From Promethearchaeota archaeon (GTDB taxonomy: Archaea; Asgardarchaeota; Lokiarchaeia; Sigyniarchaeales; SOKP01), in assembly GCA_048939015.1 (NCBI GenBank), contig JBHLPW010000086.1:1-16249 (forward strand): a DNA stretch of 16,249 nucleotides, read 5' to 3'. Made by a program: the position numbers and the translations under genes. Positions 7,343 to 15,253 of the stretch are shown here, piece by piece. Under the pieces are notes generated by a model. It was not told the DNA's origin. It did no database searches and saw only the letters and a program-made list of their open reading frames with translations. Within the stretch, counting starts at the first letter, position 1, and the number at the start of each line of letters is the position of its first letter.

Positions 7343-8026
7343 TTAATATTGAACGTGAATATTACCTCCAATCAATGCTCTTAAGATCTCATTTGGACCA
7401 ACCATTCCAACTAAAGTTTTTTGATCATTAATTATTGTATATGGAACACCGGCTGCGTCATAATATTGCCCAATATCCGGGTTAGCCATTATATCTACAA
7501 TAACAGACCGAATCTTTCCTTTAGAAGCAATTGCAAATAAATTTGCAATGGATGCAACTTGTGGGCAATAAGGACAAGACATTGTTAGCATAATCTTAAT
7601 GGTGCTTGGTTGGATTCGTTCTAAATTTTGTTTGATAGTTGCTTCATAGTAATTTTGTGCACCTGCAAAAGCAAATATTGCTTGGATGAAAGGTTGAATT
7701 TCCCCACCTTGAGGTGCTGCTAAGTATCGGATAATTTCTGTTCCATCATTATCAATAAATAAGATAGTTGGTACTCTTGAAATATCATACTTTTTTGCAA
7801 ACTCGGGATTATCATCAATACATAATTCCTCGATTGTCAGCATTCCATTTGAATTTTCCTCATATACTCTCAATAAAGCCATGAATTGAATACAATCCAT
7901 ACATTCTCTTAACTGACTACCATTTGGTTGTTTCTCTTTACAAGTAAATACTCTTAATTTAACAGGTTTTGTTAATTTAGCCATTTCTCTTTTAATTATT
8001 TCTCTATATCTATCATCTTGAGACAT
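7343..8026 (-). CDS. pdo: Protein-disulfide oxidoreductase (AhpF-NTD/PDO type)
   Basis: CMDC and CPYC motifs; RVPT and GVPY cis-Pro loops; IRYLAAPQGGEIQPFI. ATG 8026 preferred over TTG 8032 by spacing from GGTGA at 8036-8040. Confidence 0.9.
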   Translation of the reverse strand: MSQDDRYREIIKREMAKLTKPVKLRVFTCKEKQPNGSQLRECMDCIQFMALLRVYEENSNGMLTIEELCIDDNPEFAKKYDISRVPTILFIDNDGTEIIRYLAAPQGGEIQPFIQAIFAFAGAQNYYEATIKQNLERIQPSTIKIMLTMSCPYCPQVASIANLFAIASKGKIRSVIVDIMANPDIGQYYDAAGVPYTIINDQKTLVGMVGPNEILRALIGGNIHVQY

Positions 8027-8049
8027 TTTCAAAAATCACCACAAATTAA

Positions 8050-8742
8050 TTAAGCATACATACCTCCAAAGTCTCGTTGACCTTTTGTTAATTTATCCAA
8101 TAAATCTTGAGGTGTAAACATTCCATATATGTGCTCTTTTTCATTTACAACAGTATGAGGAACTCCTTGAACTTGGTATTTCAATCCTAAATCTGGATTC
8201 ATATTAACATCAATTACTTCAGCAGTAATTTTCCCCTTTGAAACAATGGCGAAAAGAGTTAATACTGGTACAGTTGCTGGACAGTAAGGGCATGTTGGAG
8301 TTATAAAAATTTTCATCTTTGACCTATTTATTTTTTTAAGGTGAGTTAGGATTTGATCCGCATAATAGGGTCGGACACCTGAAAAATATTGTATACTATT
8401 AAGAAATGGTACAAATTCAGAGCCCGTTGGATGTGCTAGATATCGGATAATCTCTTTATCATTTTCATCTACAAATAATATGGCAGGTATTTTTGTAACC
8501 TTGAATTTATTTGCTTCATCTTTATTTTCCTCAATCGATATTTCTTGGATTTCTAGTTTTCCATTAGATAAATTTTCTAAAGTTTTTAATAACTCATAAG
8601 TTCCTTCGCAAGCCATGCAATTTCTAATTTTGGTTCCATCTTCTTGCATTTTAAAATCAGTAAATAGTTTTAGTACCACTTTTCCTTTCAATTTGTTCAA
8701 TTCTCTTTTTATGTTATCCATTTCATTTTCAGAAAATAGCAT
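8050..8742 (-). CDS. pdo: Protein-disulfide oxidoreductase (AhpF-NTD/PDO type)
   Basis: CMAC and FITPTCPYCP motifs; KIPAI; IRYLAHPTGSEF; YQVQGVPHTVVN; AGGTGA RBS. Confidence 0.92.
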   Translation of the reverse strand: MLFSENEMDNIKRELNKLKGKVVLKLFTDFKMQEDGTKIRNCMACEGTYELLKTLENLSNGKLEIQEISIEENKDEANKFKVTKIPAILFVDENDKEIIRYLAHPTGSEFVPFLNSIQYFSGVRPYYADQILTHLKKINRSKMKIFITPTCPYCPATVPVLTLFAIVSKGKITAEVIDVNMNPDLGLKYQVQGVPHTVVNEKEHIYGMFTPQDLLDKLTKGQRDFGGMYA

Positions 8743-8883
8743 AAAATCACCTGATAATTCACTCTAATATGAATATCTGGTTTTAAACTTAAAAGAATTT
8801 TTCATTTAAATTATAAAAAAAAATATTTCTGAATAGTTATAGGATAAAATCTACTAATATTATATTAATAATTCAAAAGTTAC

Positions 8884-10038
8884 CTAATGCTCTTCAATTA
8901 AGTTTCTAAAAATCAAATATAATATCAAACCAACAAGAAAGCCAATTGCTATATTAAATATATAGGAGATTATAGCAGAAATCAATATAATAGGGAATGA
9001 TTTAATATTGAAATCTCTAAAAGCTATTTTTCCCAGTAAAAAAGCAGTATAGATAAGCATAGCTCCTAAAATTGCCATTGGAAACTCAGTAAAAAGAATA
9101 AATAAAGTTTCAGAAAAAAATAATCCAAGAATCAATTCCATTATTCCCTCTAAAATCATAGATCCTCCAGTTCTAGCTCCGAAAGCATATTGGGCCATAA
9201 GACCTCCTGAACCGTGACATAATGGCATTCCTACAAAAAAGGGATTAATTAAATTCATAGCACCCATATTGAATGCTAAAGTGTTAGCATCGATCCCTTC
9301 TTTCTCTGGAAAAAGCTCTTTAATCAATACAACAGTAGCAATCATAACATTTGTCAAGGTTAAAAATAATTGTGCAATTCCTGCATATAACATTCCGAAT
9401 ATAAAATTATTCCATGTAGGTATTCGGAAAGACAATATCGGAATACCTAATTCCAAATCTGTGATGTTAACAACCCCTGTAATAAACATTAGCAACACAC
9501 CACCTAATGTGAGAATTATAGCAGAGGGAATTGGTTTATTCTTTATAAACAATAAAATAATTGATATTGAAATCAAACCCAAAATTATATTCTCAGTAAA
9601 TAATAAAATTCCAGTCCACCCTAAAATAAATGCTAACCCTAATTGGATACCTCTGACTGCTATTATAGGAACCTTACTTACAATATAATTAAGTTTTTTT
9701 GAGAAACCAAGAAAAAACCATATAACTCCAGTTCCAAATCCTGTGGAAATAACCATGTCTGGTGTCCAACCTTCAGAAATAGCTACGGTCCCAATTGTTT
9801 TTTGAGGTTGAACTGGAAGTGGGAGATTAAATTTCACTCCCAATATTATATTCGTAAATCCTAAAGTTAAGAAGATTCCCGCCGGACTTAATCCTACAAT
9901 TGATATGTATCCAATTATGAATGGAATTAGAGTACCCCAATCTCCGAAAGCTCCTCCAAATTCTTTTAAAGTGAATTTTTTATAGTCTTTTTTTGCTCGT
10001 TTTTCATTAAGAATTTTGTTATCTTCCACACTATTCAA
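8884..10038 (-). CDS. MOT1-family molybdate/sulfate-type anion transporter
   Basis: Multi-TM protein with GAFGDWGTLIP, PLPVQPQK, RGIQLGL and MPLCHGSGGLMAQYAFGARTGG motifs typical of the MOT1 family. Confidence 0.85.
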   Translation of the reverse strand: MNSVEDNKILNEKRAKKDYKKFTLKEFGGAFGDWGTLIPFIIGYISIVGLSPAGIFLTLGFTNIILGVKFNLPLPVQPQKTIGTVAISEGWTPDMVISTGFGTGVIWFFLGFSKKLNYIVSKVPIIAVRGIQLGLAFILGWTGILLFTENIILGLISISIILLFIKNKPIPSAIILTLGGVLLMFITGVVNITDLELGIPILSFRIPTWNNFIFGMLYAGIAQLFLTLTNVMIATVVLIKELFPEKEGIDANTLAFNMGAMNLINPFFVGMPLCHGSGGLMAQYAFGARTGGSMILEGIMELILGLFFSETLFILFTEFPMAILGAMLIYTAFLLGKIAFRDFNIKSFPIILISAIISYIFNIAIGFLVGLILYLIFRNLIEEH

Positions 10039-10244
10039 ATATTATAAAAACCTCAGATTTAATAAATTTCTTAATAATTTTTCAAAATAGCATTTTAAGA
10101 AGTTATAAAACTTTAAAACAACTTTTTGCCTTTCAATAAATTTAAATTAATTTATTTTATCATATGTTCAGATCGAGCCTTACTTAATTATTCTTAATCA
10201 GAATAGAATTAATAATTTAAGATTTTATATAAAGTAATCTTCTC

Positions 10245-11885
10245 ATGTCGCTTGAAAGTAGATTAAATTTTGAAAAAGTAATATCCGGGATCTCTTCTCG
10301 ATTTGTTGGTAAAGTAGATCTTGATGATGTTATTAATTCATCCTTTGAAGACATGGGAATTGCTTCTAAAGCAGATCGCGTTTCGCTTTTCCTTTTTGAT
10401 GAAACTAAAAAGTTTTTTAGGAATACTCATGAATGGTGTGCCAAGGGAATTAAATCTCAGCAAAATTTCCTTCAAAATGTAGATATAGGAATAATTTCCT
10501 GGTGGATTGCCCAAGTTGAGAAAATTAGTTTTGTTAATATCAGAGATGTTTCTACTTTATCTCATGGCGCTCAATCAGTAAAAAAATTTATGGAAATTCA
10601 AAACATCCAGTCATTTTTAGCCTTCCCTATTTATATTGGTGGGACCATATCTGGATTTGTTTGTTTTAGTAAAGTTACGGAGACAATTCAATGGAAAGGT
10701 AAAGATTTCGTAATTTTGCGAATATTTGGTCAAACCTTAGGAGACACTATTGAACGTCTAAATGCAGTAAAAGCATTAAAAGAGAGTCAAGAATTATTAC
10801 GAGCAACATTTGAAGCTACAGCTGATGGTATCATAGCTATTGATAATGATGGTAAAATAACGCACTTGAATGAACGATTTATTTATATGTGGCGTATCCC
10901 AGAAAAAATTGTAGATAAAAAGGATTTCAACATAGTATTAAACTATATGCTTCAACAACTTAATAATCCTGATGTTTTCCTTTTAAAATTAACAGATCTT
11001 GAAAAAACTTCCAAAGACGCTTATGATATGATTTTTTTTAAGGATGGGAGAATTTATGAACAATTTTCTTGTCCCTTAATTCAAGATGAACAGAAAGTAG
11101 GGCGCGTGTGGAGTTTTAAAGATATTACAGAACATCAACATGCTGAGCAAGAGTTAAGAAGATCTGAAAATAGATATCGAGAGGCGTATGAAAGAGCAGA
11201 ACTCTTTAAGGATGTTTTTTCGCATGATATGAATAATATTTTTCATAACATTAAATCATCCGCTGAACTAATTTCAATGTTAAGAGCAAAAGGAGAAAAT
11301 CAAGATAAAATAGAGGAATTTTTTCAAATTATTCACAGTCAAATTGTTAGAGGCGTAAAGTTAATAAAGAACGTGTATAAACTTTCTAAATTAGAGGAAT
11401 CGGAAATTAAATTACGAGATGTTGATGTTTATAAAGTTTTAGATGAATCTATTCAATTTGCGCATAAGAGTGCTCAAAAAAAGGAATTAGATATTAAAAA
11501 TGAAAGAAATTTCGATAAGGTATTTGCGAGGGCTAATGATTTTCTTTTAGATGTGTTTGAAAATATTTTACATAATGCTATAAAATATAACCAAAATCAA
11601 CCCATAAAGATTACAATTGATATCAGCAAAACTTCTCATGGAAATAATAATTATATTAAAATAGAGTTTAAGGATAATGGTATTGGTATTATTGATAGTA
11701 ATAAAGAATCAATATTTCAAAAAGGGAATAAGAAAGACAATCATGTAAGAGGAATGGGCGTTGGACTCTCTCTGGTAAAAAAGATTATTGAAAGCTATAA
11801 CGGTAAAATCTGGGTTGAAAATCGGGTAAAAGATGATTATAATCAAGGAAGCAATTTTGTAGTAGAAATTCCTGAAGCAGATTAA
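10245..11885 (+). CDS. Cytoplasmic GAF-PAS sensor histidine kinase
   Basis: GAF (ADRVSLFLF...NTHEWCAKGI...SFLAFPI); PAS (ATADGIIAIDNDGKITHLN...GRVWSFKDIT); H-box SHDMNN (H327); NILHNAIKY; DNGIGI; GMGVGL. Confidence 0.93.
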   Translation: MSLESRLNFEKVISGISSRFVGKVDLDDVINSSFEDMGIASKADRVSLFLFDETKKFFRNTHEWCAKGIKSQQNFLQNVDIGIISWWIAQVEKISFVNIRDVSTLSHGAQSVKKFMEIQNIQSFLAFPIYIGGTISGFVCFSKVTETIQWKGKDFVILRIFGQTLGDTIERLNAVKALKESQELLRATFEATADGIIAIDNDGKITHLNERFIYMWRIPEKIVDKKDFNIVLNYMLQQLNNPDVFLLKLTDLEKTSKDAYDMIFFKDGRIYEQFSCPLIQDEQKVGRVWSFKDITEHQHAEQELRRSENRYREAYERAELFKDVFSHDMNNIFHNIKSSAELISMLRAKGENQDKIEEFFQIIHSQIVRGVKLIKNVYKLSKLEESEIKLRDVDVYKVLDESIQFAHKSAQKKELDIKNERNFDKVFARANDFLLDVFENILHNAIKYNQNQPIKITIDISKTSHGNNNYIKIEFKDNGIGIIDSNKESIFQKGNKKDNHVRGMGVGLSLVKKIIESYNGKIWVENRVKDDYNQGSNFVVEIPEAD

Positions 11886-11928
11886 GTTTTAAATCCTTAT
11901 AGATTAAAAACTCACATGCACTTTATTC

Positions 11929-12912
11929 TTATATTAGCAATTCAAATAAATCTACAGCTTTTGGGCGAATTTTACTTTGTTTACTAAATCGGCGTAAAAC
12001 CCACCAACAAGAGGGACAATATGTTGTGATATAATCAAGATCTTCTCTATTAAAATCTGTCATTCTTTTGCGAGCAATTTTTTCTATTACATCTGTTCTT
12101 CCCATCCATCCAGATCCGCCTCCACAACACCAATGAGGAATATCTATAACATTGTATCCTGCTTTTTTAAGAATATTATCAATATATTTATCTACTCCTA
12201 TTTTTCCTCGATTAATCAGTTGGCATAAATGTTGTACACCTACTCTACCTGTCTTTTGGTTTTTTAAAGGCTTAATATAATCAGCAATATATTTCACTTC
12301 AGCATTTAAACCTTGTATTTCATTTTTAAATAGATGAAAGCAAGCAGGACATAAACAAATAATCTCTTTAAATTTTCTTGAATTGAAAACTTCTCTATTC
12401 TCATTTGCACATGTCTCATATTCATCTGTTAACCCACTGACTTTTAGATGCCATCCACAACAAATCTCTTTATCCAAAATTGTGAAATCAATTTCTTGTT
12501 GAAGTAAATACTCAAGGACATGGTTGGTATACTGGGGAATTCTAATCGTAGAAAGACAGCCCATAAAAAACAAAGTATCTGAATTTTTTGGAATTTCTTC
12601 TAATCTTTTTATTCGCATTTTATTTGTAGGATATGGTGATCTGTATTTCTCAAAATTTTCCCGCATTTCTTTTATTTCCTCAAAAGTATTGCCATCTTCA
12701 ACATATTTTTGTTTTAGAGCTATACGTTCATTTTCAGTTTCACATTCTCCACAATGAACACAATTGTAGAGTTTATAATAATCATCTGATGTAAAGTTAA
12801 TTTTATCTTTATTAATAATTAGATCCTTTACTTCCTCATCACTCAGAAAATTTTCTGGGTCAACTTCATCAGTAGGGAAATTTTTTCTTCCTTTTATCCT
12901 CTCATTTACCAT
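11929..12912 (-). CDS. Fe-S oxidoreductase with two CCG domains (HdrB/HdrD/GlpC-like)
   Basis: FFMGC...EICCG...CLCPAC and QHLC...WCCGGG...YCPSC; N-terminal CVHCGEC. Confidence 0.88.
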   Translation of the reverse strand: MVNERIKGRKNFPTDEVDPENFLSDEEVKDLIINKDKINFTSDDYYKLYNCVHCGECETENERIALKQKYVEDGNTFEEIKEMRENFEKYRSPYPTNKMRIKRLEEIPKNSDTLFFMGCLSTIRIPQYTNHVLEYLLQQEIDFTILDKEICCGWHLKVSGLTDEYETCANENREVFNSRKFKEIICLCPACFHLFKNEIQGLNAEVKYIADYIKPLKNQKTGRVGVQHLCQLINRGKIGVDKYIDNILKKAGYNVIDIPHWCCGGGSGWMGRTDVIEKIARKRMTDFNREDLDYITTYCPSCWWVLRRFSKQSKIRPKAVDLFELLI

Positions 12913-12990
12913 ACTATCGCTCTCAATTAATTGATATTAAAAGAATATCATCTATGATTTACTAAAAAAAATTTAAAAAAAAGAAAATTT

Positions 12991-13146
12991 CTATTCCTTT
13001 TTAAGTTTTACATCAGTTCTTTGTATTCCTACTTCTTTATTGCTTGGTAAAGGGGTTCCACAATGATCCCTCAGTCTTTCACTTTCTTTAAATGCTTTAT
13101 CGAGTTCTTCATCTAATTCGTCATCTGACATTTCATTATCTGTCAT
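12991..13146 (-). CDS. Small hypothetical protein (51 aa), acidic N-terminus, single Cys in HCGTPLP
   Basis: Not in the ORF track. MTDNEMSDDELDEELDKAFKESERLRDHCGTPLPSNKEVGIQRTDVKLKKE*. Fills the gap co-directionally with its neighbours; TATA-like CTTAAATA ends 22 nt upstream; T-rich tract follows the stop. Confidence 0.7.
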   Translation of the reverse strand: MTDNEMSDDELDEELDKAFKESERLRDHCGTPLPSNKEVGIQRTDVKLKKE

Positions 13147-13256
13147 ACTTTACAAAGAGTAACTGTGTTATTTAAGGATTTTATTTATAATTAAAAAACT
13201 AAAATAATTTCATATTGAATTTAGATAAAAAAAGGAGAATTTTAAGTAATTATAAT

Positions 13257-13622
13257 CTATTTTTTAAAAAAATCTAAAACTGCTTTTTCCTTTTCAGCAG
13301 GTCTACGCTCAGGGACAAGAATATAATCTTTTTTAATTGTTTCATAAAAATCTTCACGCATATATAAATTGCAATAACATGCACCATATTCTTTTATATC
13401 TTGAAAAGCATAATTGCAAGGACAAATTAAATCTCTATCAAGCTCTCGATTTCCTGAAGCTAATCGGCAAGGACATGATTGATACCCTAAATTTCTTTTA
13501 TTATCAACTAATCCATCAATCAAATTGTTAAAAGTATTACTATCCATGTTTAAAATCCAATTATTTTTCTCAGAGACTTGTTCAACATACTTTTTCATTC
13601 CTTCTTTAGTTTCCATGTCCAT
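13257..13622 (-). CDS. Ferredoxin:thioredoxin reductase catalytic-subunit-like protein
   Basis: GYQSCPCRL...DLICPCNY...GACYCNLY (CPC/CPC/CxC) followed by VPERRP; 1 nt downstream of the glutaredoxin stop. Confidence 0.93.
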   Translation of the reverse strand: MDMETKEGMKKYVEQVSEKNNWILNMDSNTFNNLIDGLVDNKRNLGYQSCPCRLASGNRELDRDLICPCNYAFQDIKEYGACYCNLYMREDFYETIKKDYILVPERRPAEKEKAVLDFFKK

Positions 13623-13623
13623 T

Positions 13624-13935
13624 TTAACTCCCTCCTGATTTCATTAATTCTTCATATTTCTCAGGGTTATAACCAATCACAAATTCATTATCGCAAATCA
13701 TAAACGGATATGAAATTCTGGATTGGTATTTCTCTTTCAAGTAAGAAAGAATTTTCGACTTTTCTTCGAAATCAATTTTATCAACATCTACATATCTGTA
13801 TTGAATATCACGTTCTTTTAACCAAGCTTTGCATTTCTTACACCACATGCATGTAGACAGTGTTAAAATAGTGATTTCTCTGTCTTTTTTGGATCCTTCT
13901 ACGGTTTGTGCCAAGTTTCCAATAATTTCTGACAT
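13624..13935 (-). CDS. Glutaredoxin/NrdH-like redoxin, probable FTR partner
   Basis: TLSTCMWCKKCK CxxC motif; YRYVDVD; SYP cis-Pro; VIGY. Confidence 0.9.
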   Translation of the reverse strand: MSEIIGNLAQTVEGSKKDREITILTLSTCMWCKKCKAWLKERDIQYRYVDVDKIDFEEKSKILSYLKEKYQSRISYPFMICDNEFVIGYNPEKYEELMKSGGS

Positions 13936-13975
13936 ATTTTTATTTCTTCCTCTTTACTTTAAATGTTTTTTTACT

Positions 13976-14425
13976 TTAAATAGATTTAATATTTTGTTTC
14001 CATTCTGGATCGATACACTCAAATGCTTCTTCTGTTAATTTTCTAATATCACTATGACAAGAATCTAATAATAACCCTAAATGCTCAAGCGCTCTTTTAT
14101 CGCCAATTTTCATAAGACTTTCTATAATTATGAATAATCTTGTTTTATTTTGTTCTTCTTCAGATTTTTGTATTTCTTGTTTTAAAAACTCTACAATTAA
14201 CATTGTAGCTTTGGGGTCTCCAATTTCGCCCATTGCTTCAATAATTCGATTGATTACCACATCATCTTTCTCAGATTTTAAAGCTCTAGCTAATATATTA
14301 ATTGCTCTGCCTTCTTTTAAATAACCGATGTTTTGCGCAGCTATAGCTCGTTCTTTAAAACTAGAGCTATTAAATAGTGTTTTAATATATTCATTAAAAG
14401 CTTCATTTCGAGTTTTTTGATCCAT
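13976..14425 (-). CDS. HEAT/PBS-lyase repeat protein
   Basis: Repeated helix pairs ERAIAAQNIGYLKEGRAINIL, IIEAMGEIGDPKATMLI, IIESLMKIGDKRALEHL, IRKLTEEAF. Confidence 0.85.
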   Translation of the reverse strand: MDQKTRNEAFNEYIKTLFNSSSFKERAIAAQNIGYLKEGRAINILARALKSEKDDVVINRIIEAMGEIGDPKATMLIVEFLKQEIQKSEEEQNKTRLFIIIESLMKIGDKRALEHLGLLLDSCHSDIRKLTEEAFECIDPEWKQNIKSI

Positions 14426-14595
14426 CCTAAGAATTAAATAAGAATAAGAAATATGAATCTAATCATAATAAATTATTAAGTATTTTTGAATCTGAATTTA
14501 AAAGATAAGAGATCTTTTTGGATTATTTATCGATTTTATATCCAACCTCTTATTTGAAAAATTAACTTCAATTCTATGATATCTCAGAAAAAAAT

Positions 14596-15051
14596 TTATA
14601 ATTCTGGTGATTTCCATTTTCTATAATAGTTCTTATATTTCTCTAGAAGAACATTAGGATCCAATTTTTCATCTTCTTGAATAGCCTTTATCGCCTCCAA
14701 GATAATTTCAGTTTGAAGAAGTTGAAATTCTTGATTTTTCATATCGGAAGTAGTAAGAAACCTATGAGTAATTTCATTTGATTTAAGCGTATCCATCGTA
14801 TTAATATTATAAATATCCAAAAAATATCCGATTATGAATGCTCCCAGAAGAATGATTGGAAATACTATAATTAACATCCAAAATGTTATTCTAAAAGCTA
14901 AAGAAATTAAAGATATTGCACTTACTGTCGAAACGGCAATAGAATAATAAGACTGTCCCATTTTTAACCGAGATAATTGTCTTCCAATAAATTGAGCAGT
15001 TTTTACCCTTTTAATTATTTCTGATTTTTTTAATCTTAACAATTTATACAC
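14596..15051 (-). CDS. Hypothetical membrane protein (two TM helices)
   Basis: Hydrophobic segments YYSIAVSTVSAISLISLAF and FWMLIIVFPIILLGAFIIGYFL. Start uncertain: GTG 15051 or a downstream TTG, since GAGGTG overlaps the GTG. Confidence 0.7.
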   Translation of the reverse strand: MYKLLRLKKSEIIKRVKTAQFIGRQLSRLKMGQSYYSIAVSTVSAISLISLAFRITFWMLIIVFPIILLGAFIIGYFLDIYNINTMDTLKSNEITHRFLTTSDMKNQEFQLLQTEIILEAIKAIQEDEKLDPNVLLEKYKNYYRKWKSPEL

Positions 15052-15232
15052 CTCAATTTTGATTTTTTTCTAACTTGTTTTTTAAATTTAAGGAATTTTT
15101 AGGTTCTGAATATATTGAATGTTTTATAAAAGATTTTACCAAAAATCTATTGATCTATTGATATTTAATCAAATTATTAATAAGTTAGAAGATAAAGATT
15201 TTTTACTGATTCTTTTTATTTTTAGAAATCGC

Positions 15233-15251
15233 AAAAAAAAACTTTTTTTTT
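15233..15251. terminator. A-run/C/T-run symmetric tract, possible terminator
   Basis: A-run, single C, T-run directly after the stop of the 15254 gene; gives a T-run on both strands. Confidence 0.3.
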
Positions 15252-15253
15252 AT

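Noticed and set aside
9269-9688. 139-aa plus-strand ORF
   Set aside because: Antisense shadow of a hydrophobic transporter gene; the Asn/Ile/Pro bias is typical of such shadows.
12524-14324. Plus-strand ORFs 12524-12757, 13337-13531, 13829-14038 and 14130-14324
   Set aside because: All overlap well-supported minus-strand genes.
14500-14518. Inverted repeat AAAAGAT-aagag-ATCTTTT upstream of the HEAT gene
   Set aside because: Short and AT-rich, plausible by chance; no second copy noticed.
15144-15162. Short tandem repeat (ATCTATTG)x2
   Set aside because: Only two units in AT-rich DNA; no array structure.
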